From NCBI GenBank assembly GCA_944381495.1, contig CALWLJ010000008.1, positions 57,842-121,841 on the forward strand: a DNA stretch of 64,000 nt. Reading direction: 5' to 3'. Positions within the stretch are counted from its first letter, which is position 1; every line of letters starts with the position of its first letter. The translations under genes and the position numbers were made by a program. Source of the stretch: an uncultured Mediterraneibacter sp. (GTDB lineage: Bacteria; Bacillota; Clostridia; Lachnospirales; Lachnospiraceae). Of the stretch, positions 47,456 to 55,194 are shown piece after piece. Below the pieces are notes generated by a model. That model had not been told where the DNA came from. It ran no database searches and saw only the letters and a list, made by a program, of their open reading frames with translations.

Positions 47456-48871
47456 ATGAGTGCGCTGACAAATGATTTGAAAAAATTAACAGAAGCCGCT
47501 GAAAGACAGACGGACGGAAGGGACCGGTTTCGTCAGAAGCTGCATCTGATGCCGCCTGTGGGGTGGCTCAACGATCCCAACGGGCTCTGTCAGTTCAAGG
47601 GAATCTATCATGCATTTTTCCAGTACTCACCTTTTAACCCGGAAGGCGGAGTGAAAATGTGGGGACATTATACAAGCCCGGATATGATCAGCTGGGATTA
47701 TCAGGGCGTGATCATGTATCCGGATCAGCCCTTTGACTGCAGCGGCGTATACTCCGGATGCGCATTTATTGAAGACGGAGAGATGTACCTGTATTATACC
47801 GGAAATGTTAAGCTGGAGGACGGGGACGGATACGACTATATCAACAGCGGCAGGGAGGCTAATACTGTTCTTGTGAAGAGCGGGGACGGGATACATTTCG
47901 GCCCGAAAAAGCTTCTGATGAAGAACAGGGATTACCCATCGGATCTGACGCTTCATGTCCGGGATCCGAAGGTATGGAAAAAGGACGGCGTCTATTATAT
48001 GATCCAGGGCGCCAGGACAAAGGACGACGTGGGACAGGCAATTATTTTCCGTTCGGAGGATAAGGTGAACTGGAAGGTTCACAGCCGTGTCAGCACAGCG
48101 CATCCCTTCGGATATATGTGGGAGTGCCCGGACTACTTTGAACTGGACGGCACAAAGATCCTTTCTGCATCAGTACAGGGGCTGGAAGGCGGAGAGTGGG
48201 AGGACAGAAACGTCTATCAGTCCGGATATTTTATCCTGGACAGGGAGATCTATGACAATCCCGGATTATCAGAATATCATTTATGGGATTACGGATTTGA
48301 CTACTACGCTCCTCAGAGCTTTGAGACAGAGGACGGCAGGCTGATACAGATCGGATGGATGGGTATGCCGGACTGTGAGGAATACACGAACAGGACCATT
48401 GAAGATGGATGGCAGCACTGCTTTACATTTCCCAGAGAAGTGTATATGCGGGACGGAAAGGTATGCCAGAGACCTGTCCGGGAGCTGGAGGAGAAGTTCG
48501 GCCCCGTTGAGACGGCGTCTGGTCAGATCAGTATGGAAGGATATCAGGTCTATGAAGCAGATATTTCAGGAATATGCGGCAGCAGATTCCGTGCAGTGAT
48601 TGGAGAAGAGCTGATCCTGGAATATGGGGACGGATGTTTTGAAATGAGGTTTACAGATCAGGACAAAGGCTCTGTTTCCGGAGGCCGGGGAGTAAGATAT
48701 GTCAGACTGAACAAGCTGAAAGATGTGAAGATCCTTGTGGATGTATCCTCTGTGGAGGCATTTATAAACGGCGGACAGTATGTATTCTCTACGAGATATT
48801 ATCCTGAGAAAGCCAGTTTTTGCGCGGAGGCGCAGGGAGCGGAGATGAGCTTCAGAGCAGTCAGGATTTAA
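47456..48871 (+). CDS. scrB: GH32 sucrose-6-phosphate hydrolase
   Basis: WLNDPNG, RDPKV and WECPD. Confidence 0.92.
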   Translation: MSALTNDLKKLTEAAERQTDGRDRFRQKLHLMPPVGWLNDPNGLCQFKGIYHAFFQYSPFNPEGGVKMWGHYTSPDMISWDYQGVIMYPDQPFDCSGVYSGCAFIEDGEMYLYYTGNVKLEDGDGYDYINSGREANTVLVKSGDGIHFGPKKLLMKNRDYPSDLTLHVRDPKVWKKDGVYYMIQGARTKDDVGQAIIFRSEDKVNWKVHSRVSTAHPFGYMWECPDYFELDGTKILSASVQGLEGGEWEDRNVYQSGYFILDREIYDNPGLSEYHLWDYGFDYYAPQSFETEDGRLIQIGWMGMPDCEEYTNRTIEDGWQHCFTFPREVYMRDGKVCQRPVRELEEKFGPVETASGQISMEGYQVYEADISGICGSRFRAVIGEELILEYGDGCFEMRFTDQDKGSVSGGRGVRYVRLNKLKDVKILVDVSSVEAFINGGQYVFSTRYYPEKASFCAEAQGAEMSFRAVRI

Positions 48872-48995
48872 AATATGATCTCAAAAAAATAAGCGGCAGC
48901 ATGTTTTCCTGAAAAGGAAAACGTGCTGCTGTTTTCGCTCTTGTAAACTTCTGTAATAGTCATTATAATGAGAAAAAAAGATTTTGGAGACTGAG

Positions 48996-50480
48996 ATGAA
49001 AAAGTTTATAAAACGCATGCTGTCAATCGGTCTGTCAGCATTTATTGTTTTGGGGCAGGCTGCTGTCGTTACAGCTGAAGAGGGACAGAATGGAGCGGCG
49101 CAGCAGAATGCGGACGGGAATGCACAGAATGCACAGCCCATGACCCGGGAGGAAGAGCGGCAGGCCGGCTATGCCATGCCCGTAGATACCAATAGTCTGG
49201 ATGGATGGCCGGAAGGTCCCAGTGTTTACGGATCGGCAGCTATCGTAATGGATATGAACAGCGGAGCCGTCCCATACGGGAAAAATATTAATGAAAAACG
49301 GTATCCCGCAAGTATTACAAAGCTTCTTACAGCTCTTGTCGCCCTGGAGAATTCTGAGCCGACAGATGAAGTGGAGATCACAAATGACAGTATCGCCTGT
49401 CTCAGCCCCGGGGATTCTCATATCGGCATGACGCCCGGTGAGATTATCACTATGGATGACGCACTGCATGCCCTGCTTCTGGCTTCGTCCAACGAAGTTG
49501 CCCACGCGATCGCAGAGAGCGTGGGAGCGAAAATGGGCGGCAATTATGATACATTTATACAGAAGATGAATGAAAGAGCTGAGGAGCTGGGATGTACCGG
49601 ATCTCACTGGACAAATGCGAATGGTCTTCACGATGCGGATCATTATACGACTGCACACGATATGGCTCTGATCGCATCTGCGGTTTACCAGTATGAAGAG
49701 TTCCGCCAGATCACTCAGACGCTGAGTTACACCATACCTCCCACAAATCTGGTAAATGAGAGCCGGACCTTCCAGCAGAAGCATAAGATGCTCTGGAGCG
49801 GAAACAAGAATTATTATGAATATGCGACAGGCGGAAAAACAGGATATACAGACGCTGCAAGGACAACGCTTGTTACCATGGCTGATAATGGTGAACTGCA
49901 GCTGGCGGCAGTTGTGCTTTATGATTTTGGACAGGATGCCTATGTGGACACAAAAGCAATGTTTGAGTATGTTTTTAATAATTTTTCAAAGGTAGAGCTG
50001 AGCGGACAGGAAAAACCTGAGATTGTCCAGTCATTTACAGATCCTGACGCATATGTCCTGCCTCCGGACGGCGTGAAGTTCACAGATCTTGACCAGGAAG
50101 TTACAGATGAAGATGCGGCGGCCGGGACGGCTGTTATCTCTTATACTTATGAAGGACAGGCGGTAGGAAGCGCATCTGTGACGCTGACTGCTGATTATAT
50201 TCAGAGACTGAATGGCGATTCTGAACAACAGATCGGGGATGAGGATAAGAACGGTCAGCAGGAAAGCGCCGGGGATCCGGCTGATGACTCCGGGCTTTCC
50301 GTGGAGCGTATGGTCATGACCGGCGGCGCCGTACTGCTGGGTGTGATGCTGGTAGTTCTGCTCATTGTTGTGGTGCGGAAGGTCGTACAGATGCGGAGAC
50401 GGCACAAGCGACGTATAAAAAGACAGAGAACACATAAAGCTGCGGCTTCAGGAAGAAGGCGCATGAGACGAAGAAGATGA
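48996..50480 (+). CDS. D-alanyl-D-alanine carboxypeptidase (peptidase S11)
   Basis: Signal peptide, SITK, SSN and KTG motifs, and a C-terminal TM with a basic tail. Confidence 0.92.
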   Translation: MKKFIKRMLSIGLSAFIVLGQAAVVTAEEGQNGAAQQNADGNAQNAQPMTREEERQAGYAMPVDTNSLDGWPEGPSVYGSAAIVMDMNSGAVPYGKNINEKRYPASITKLLTALVALENSEPTDEVEITNDSIACLSPGDSHIGMTPGEIITMDDALHALLLASSNEVAHAIAESVGAKMGGNYDTFIQKMNERAEELGCTGSHWTNANGLHDADHYTTAHDMALIASAVYQYEEFRQITQTLSYTIPPTNLVNESRTFQQKHKMLWSGNKNYYEYATGGKTGYTDAARTTLVTMADNGELQLAAVVLYDFGQDAYVDTKAMFEYVFNNFSKVELSGQEKPEIVQSFTDPDAYVLPPDGVKFTDLDQEVTDEDAAAGTAVISYTYEGQAVGSASVTLTADYIQRLNGDSEQQIGDEDKNGQQESAGDPADDSGLSVERMVMTGGAVLLGVMLVVLLIVVVRKVVQMRRRHKRRIKRQRTHKAAASGRRRMRRRR

Positions 50481-51482
50481 CAGTTGATCCTTATACTGCC
50501 TGCGGTAATCCGTGGGCAGTATTTTCATGATATCCTTAAAGGCAGCGGAAAACTTGCTCTGGCTTTCATATCCCACAGTCCGGGCAATGGCTGAGATGCT
50601 TTCATCGGTTTCACGGAGCATCCGGGCAGCCTGTGAGATGCGGTACTGCTTCATGTATGAGGCGATGGGCATGCCGTACACAGATTTGAAGATTTTCTTC
50701 AGGGCAGCAGTGTTGATCAGATACTGCCGGGACAGCTCGTCGATCGTATACCGTTTCTCCGGATGAGCCAGCATGAGATCATGGATCTGCCGTATGATCT
50801 CTACCTGACCGGAGTAGTGGGCGTCAAGAATCTGTGTCTCCGACGGCTCTGTCATGTCCAGGAAGAACAGCAGCTCCTGACATTTCAGCTTCAGATACGG
50901 GAGCTTCATTTGTTCCGGCAGATCATATACTTCAGAGAAAATATGTGCGATCCGGCTGTTTGCCGGCAGGGCAGCAGTTTCCCTGTCGCCACAGAATTTG
51001 CGGCAGAGGCGGCAGATATCTACCCCGGCTTCGCACAGCAGTTCCGGTTTATTTTCTTTCAGAATATCCAGATCCAGAGATACGGTCAGCCCTTCATAAC
51101 ATCCAAGGGGCAGAGAAATCTCAGAATTGGAGCATTTGTCTGTGATGTGAAAAGAAAGATCTCCGCTTCCGAAATACAGACTCAGGCCGCCCTCCATCTC
51201 CCAGCCGATCCTTCCATAGCGGCAGTGATCAATGGAAAGTACGGACATAGCGTGACTGTGACAGAAATGGAATCGATCTCCAAGGTAGTCGTGATAGGAC
51301 AGTTCAATCCCGGGATACAGCTCATAGCTTTCCGTTCTCAGACGTACGCCGGAGGAAGTGGAAGTTCTGGTAACTGTTCCGTGTAAGGATGAACGGTTTA
51401 GGGGATGTCTGATGATGACACAGGTTCCATCCGGCACGTCTGACAGTTTATCCTTTATATGATAAATGAAATCTTTTTCCAT
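50448..51482 (-). CDS. AraC-family transcriptional regulator
   Basis: C-terminal double HTH (TIDELSRQY...FKSVYG...VGYESQSKFSAAFK). Confidence 0.9.
   Translation of the reverse strand: MEKDFIYHIKDKLSDVPDGTCVIIRHPLNRSSLHGTVTRTSTSSGVRLRTESYELYPGIELSYHDYLGDRFHFCHSHAMSVLSIDHCRYGRIGWEMEGGLSLYFGSGDLSFHITDKCSNSEISLPLGCYEGLTVSLDLDILKENKPELLCEAGVDICRLCRKFCGDRETAALPANSRIAHIFSEVYDLPEQMKLPYLKLKCQELLFFLDMTEPSETQILDAHYSGQVEIIRQIHDLMLAHPEKRYTIDELSRQYLINTAALKKIFKSVYGMPIASYMKQYRISQAARMLRETDESISAIARTVGYESQSKFSAAFKDIMKILPTDYRRQYKDQLSSSSSHAPSS
50494..50526 (+). terminator. Probable terminator of the carboxypeptidase gene, inside the AraC CDS
   Basis: 12-bp stem TACTGCCTGCGG/CCGTGGGCAGTA with two G-U pairs that form only on the + strand, followed by TTTTC. 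Confidence 0.55.
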
Positions 51483-51530
51483 AAATAATCTCCCTAAAGC
51501 AAGAATTCCACGAAAAATGGATTCAAACGA

Positions 51531-51944
51531 TTATTCCTTGTCAATTTGGTTTTCATCAGACTCGTTTTGTCTATTCTCTGACTCTTCCGGACAGGTGATC
51601 TTTCCCAGTTTTTCAATCATGTGATGAAGCATCTGTGCAAGCTCGGTATCAGCTGTCCGGTAGTACATCTCTTTCCCTTCTCTGCGGCTCACGATCAGAC
51701 CGCTGCCCTTCAACAGACGGAGGTGATGAGATACAGCCGGGCTGCTCATATTAACAAGAGCAGCAATATTTAAAACACATTCTTCGCAGTGGCAGAGAAG
51801 CCAGAAAATGCGGAGCCGGCTCGGATCTCCCAACTGTTTCATGGCCTCAGACACACCGGCAATCTCATTTTCGCCGGGCATATGTTTCCTTATATTTTCT
51901 TCCCTATCATGCCCATGATCATGGGGGAGATTCGTTTCATTCAT
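51531..51944 (-). CDS. ArsR/SmtB metalloregulator
   Basis: LGDPSRLRIFWLL...ECV...AVSHHLRLLK...RREGKEMYY with a His-rich N-terminus. The start is set at ATG 51944. Confidence 0.92.
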   Translation of the reverse strand: MNETNLPHDHGHDREENIRKHMPGENEIAGVSEAMKQLGDPSRLRIFWLLCHCEECVLNIAALVNMSSPAVSHHLRLLKGSGLIVSRREGKEMYYRTADTELAQMLHHMIEKLGKITCPEESENRQNESDENQIDKE

Positions 51945-52109
51945 AGTGATTTCCTTCCTTATATTTTCGTCCAACTTTTCTGAAAACAGGCAGTATACTG
52001 CTGGACGGACGGTCGGTTGTCCCAATCGGGAATTCTTTTCGCCCAAACGGCAGAACCGCCGGTATATCTCTTGACTAATTATAAAATGTAGGGTACATTG
52101 TAGTCAACA

Positions 52110-52127
52110 ATTAAATAATTATTTAAT
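52110..52127. promoter_or_regulatory. Putative ArsR operator
   Basis: Perfect palindrome ATTAAATAATTATTTAAT just downstream of TTGACT(52071)-17 bp-TACATT. Confidence 0.65.
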
Positions 52128-52209
52128 CATGAATAAGAAACAGCCCGCAGGGGCATTGGGGGAAATATCTTTTGGCCCTGATAGTAAAATAGAAAGGAGA
52201 TTGTCAGAT

Positions 52210-52428
52210 ATGAAAAAGAGTTATAAGATCGATGTTGACTGTGCAAACTGCGCAAATAAAATGGAGCAGGCAGCTAAGAATACTGCCGGAGTGAAGGATG
52301 CTGTTGTAAATTTCATGACACTTAAGATGAACGTAGAGTTCGAGGAAGGTCATGATGCGAAAACAGTTATGAAGGAAGTCCTGAAAAACTGTAAAAAAGT
52401 GGAGGATGACTGCGAGATATTTATTTAA
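52210..52428 (+). CDS. Stand-alone heavy-metal-associated (HMA) domain protein
   Basis: DVDCANCANKME (CxxC), 72 aa, AAAGGAG RBS. Confidence 0.9.
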   Translation: MKKSYKIDVDCANCANKMEQAAKNTAGVKDAVVNFMTLKMNVEFEEGHDAKTVMKEVLKNCKKVEDDCEIFI

Positions 52429-52663
52429 TATAATCTTCTTAAATCATACCCCGGATCCCTCGTGAGGCAGCTGCTGTAGATAATGACTTTATTATTAGCT
52501 GCTTCAGGGATGCGGGGTGAAAAAACGCCTGACAGATAAACGATTAAGCGCTTATTTAATTATAAAGATCCTGATAACCTGGCAGCCATGTCATTTTGTC
52601 TGTAAGGTGCCGGATACCGGGGAAACCCGCCGGAAAACCAATTGATTGAAAGGGGAAAGGAAA

Positions 52664-54547
52664 ATGAACAAAAAACAGAAAAAAATGCTGGCCAGGATCT
52701 TGATCGCGGCGGCGCTGCTGATCGGATTCAATTTCCTGCCGTTTACAGGATATGTAAGATTTGTTTTCTATCTTGTCCCATATTTTGTTATCGGATATGA
52801 TATCCTGATCAAAGCCTTTAAAGGTATAAAGAACAGGCAGCCGTTTGATGAAAGCCTTCTGATGGCTATTGCAACGATCGGTGCCATTGCTATTGCGCTT
52901 TACGAAGACGGGGACTACACGGAAGCCATCGCGGTTATGCTGTTTTACCAGATCGGAGAGTGGTTCCAGAGCTACGCGGTGGGAAAGAGCCGCAGAAATA
53001 TCAGCGAGCTGATGGATATCCGTCCGGATTACGCGAATATAGAAAAGGACGGAAAACTGGAACAGGTGGATCCTGATGAGGTGGAGATCGGAACAACGAT
53101 CGTTGTTCAGCCCGGGGAGAAAGTTCCCATTGACGGAATCATCACAGAAGGAAACACAACCCTGAACACAAGCGCGCTGACCGGGGAGAGCCTGCCGAGA
53201 GACGCCCGGGAAGGCGATGAGGTCATCAGCGGATGCATCAACATGACCGGAGTTCTGAAGATCCGTACGACAAAAGAGTTCGGAGAGTCAACCGTATCAA
53301 AGATACTGGATCTGGTAGAGAACGCAAGCTCAAGAAAATCCAGATCGGAGGACTTCATCACAAAATTTGCAAGGATCTATACACCTGCTGTGGTCTACAG
53401 TGCCATAGCCCTGGCAATCCTGCCGCCCCTTGTAAGGATGTTTGGTATGGGACTTGGGGCAGAGTGGGGCACCTGGATCTATCGGGCGCTGACATTCCTT
53501 GTTATCAGCTGCCCCTGTGCGCTGGTGATCAGTATTCCGCTGAGTTTCTTTGCCGGTATCGGCGGAGCCAGCAACGCAGGAGTACTTGTAAAAGGATCCA
53601 ATTATATGGAGACTCTGTCTCAGACAAAGTATGTGGTATTTGACAAGACGGGGACGCTGACTCAGGGAGTATTTGAGGTAAACGAAGTCCATCACAATTC
53701 CATGAGCCGGGAGAAACTGCTGGAGTATGCCGCTCTCGCAGAGAGCGCCTCATCCCATCCTATCAGCAGGAGCCTGCAGCGGGCCTACGGGAAAGAGATC
53801 GACCGCAGCCGAGTCACAGACATCCATGAGATCAGCGGAAACGGCGTCACTGCAAAAGTAGACGGCATTGAAGTGGCGGCAGGCAATTCCAAGCTGATGG
53901 ATAAGCTGGGCGTGAAATGGATCGACTGCCATCATGCTGGCACCATCATCCATATGGCAGTTAATGGAGAATATGCCGGACATATCGTAATCTCTGACAT
54001 CGAAAAACCTCATGCCAAAGAGGCAGTTCAAGCGCTGAAAAAAGCAGGCGTTGAGAAAACAGTCATGCTGACAGGAGATTCCAGAAAGGTAGCCGAGCAT
54101 GTAGCAGCCGACCTGGGAATTGACGAAGTACATGCGGAACTTCTTCCCGCAGATAAAGTATCCAAAGTGGAAGAGCTTTTGAAACAGAAACCAGAGAAAG
54201 CCAAACTGGCATTCGTGGGAGACGGTATCAATGACGCGCCGGTCCTCTCCCGGGCAGATATCGGCATCGCCATGGGAGCCATGGGATCCGACGCTGCCAT
54301 CGAAGCGGCGGATATCGTGCTGATGGACGATGACCCGCTGAAGATCGCGAAAGCCATTAAAATATCCAGAAAATGCCTGCGTATCGTGTATGAAAATATC
54401 TGGTTCGCCATCGGCATCAAGCTAATCTGCCTGCTGCTGGGAGCGGTAGGTATCGCCAATATGTGGCTGGCTATCTTCGCAGATGTGGGAGTCATGATCA
54501 TCGCAGTGCTGAATGCCATTCGGGCGCTATTTGTGAAAAAACTGTGA
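52664..54547 (+). CDS. cadA: P1B-type heavy-metal ATPase (Cd/Zn/Co type)
   Basis: TGES, CPC, DKTGTLT and GDGINDAP; no fused N-terminal HMA domain. Confidence 0.88.
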   Translation: MNKKQKKMLARILIAAALLIGFNFLPFTGYVRFVFYLVPYFVIGYDILIKAFKGIKNRQPFDESLLMAIATIGAIAIALYEDGDYTEAIAVMLFYQIGEWFQSYAVGKSRRNISELMDIRPDYANIEKDGKLEQVDPDEVEIGTTIVVQPGEKVPIDGIITEGNTTLNTSALTGESLPRDAREGDEVISGCINMTGVLKIRTTKEFGESTVSKILDLVENASSRKSRSEDFITKFARIYTPAVVYSAIALAILPPLVRMFGMGLGAEWGTWIYRALTFLVISCPCALVISIPLSFFAGIGGASNAGVLVKGSNYMETLSQTKYVVFDKTGTLTQGVFEVNEVHHNSMSREKLLEYAALAESASSHPISRSLQRAYGKEIDRSRVTDIHEISGNGVTAKVDGIEVAAGNSKLMDKLGVKWIDCHHAGTIIHMAVNGEYAGHIVISDIEKPHAKEAVQALKKAGVEKTVMLTGDSRKVAEHVAADLGIDEVHAELLPADKVSKVEELLKQKPEKAKLAFVGDGINDAPVLSRADIGIAMGAMGSDAAIEAADIVLMDDDPLKIAKAIKISRKCLRIVYENIWFAIGIKLICLLLGAVGIANMWLAIFADVGVMIIAVLNAIRALFVKKL

Positions 54548-54549
54548 AA

Positions 54550-54584
54550 GGGGACGTAGTCAAATCGAATTTGACTACGTCCCC
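54550..54584. repeat. Perfect 16-bp-arm palindrome (terminator or REP-like)
   Basis: GGGGACGTAGTCAAAT-CGA-ATTTGACTACGTCCCC with no U-tract on either strand. Confidence 0.7.
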
Positions 54585-54606
54585 AATTCGATTTCGGAAA
54601 AAAACC

Positions 54607-54636
54607 TTGACGGGTTCCGCCCTTCTCCTTTATAAT
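54607..54636 (+). promoter_or_regulatory. sigma-A promoter of the ileS leader
   Basis: TTGACG-18 bp-TATAAT. Confidence 0.75.
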
Positions 54637-54649
54637 GATTTCGTATGAG

Positions 54650-54982
54650 ATTAAAGCAAAGGCTTTGACGGAGACAGTAGGAACAGGCCGAACGTTTCAG
54701 CGAGCCGGGGGTGGTGCAAGCCCGGTGCAAGTAAGTCGTTTTCGAAGATCACTCCCGAGCCGCAGTCCTAAAACACGCCTTGATACACGGACATGCAATA
54801 AAGCCGTGGAGTAAGGGCTGACGCAGATCCCGCGTTAGAGGATACCATATGCGAACTAAGACCGGCTCCGCAGGACGGAACAATCTGCAAGCCCGCGGAC
54901 AGAGAAGTTCAAGTATGTTGTAACAGGTGGTTAAAACGAGAGAGATGGCTTTCGTCCTTTTACAGGACGGAAGCCTTTTTTT
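54650..54982 (+). ncRNA. T-box riboswitch (Ile specifier)
   Basis: AG bulge AGCGAG, distal loop GGTGCAA, specifier GAAG-ATC (54748-54750, Ile), T-box AGG-TGGT (54925-54931), terminator GGCTTTCGTCC/GGACGGAAGCC plus T7; upstream of ileS. Confidence 0.92.
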
Positions 54983-55037
54983 AAAATAAAAAAGCGCCCC
55001 ATCTCTCCCGGTTTTGATTCAACTTCCGTTCCGGACA

Positions 55038-55173
55038 GGCCCACGACCGCAGATGTCCATTAAGGGCCGTAAAGGAACGCCGGCACTTAGACCGTGTCTT
55101 TTGCGGTCTTAGTACCGCTGCGTTCTGTCCCGAGCGAGAGCAAGCCCGCAATGGACATCTGCGGTCGCGGGCC
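55038..55173. repeat. 136-bp element with 24-bp terminal inverted repeats (REP/MITE-like)
   Basis: GGCCCACGACCGCAGATGTCCATT (55038-55061) and AATGGACATCTGCGGTCGCGGGCC (55150-55173), one mismatch. Confidence 0.8.
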
Positions 55174-55194
55174 AGACCAGAAAGGAAGAAAAAG

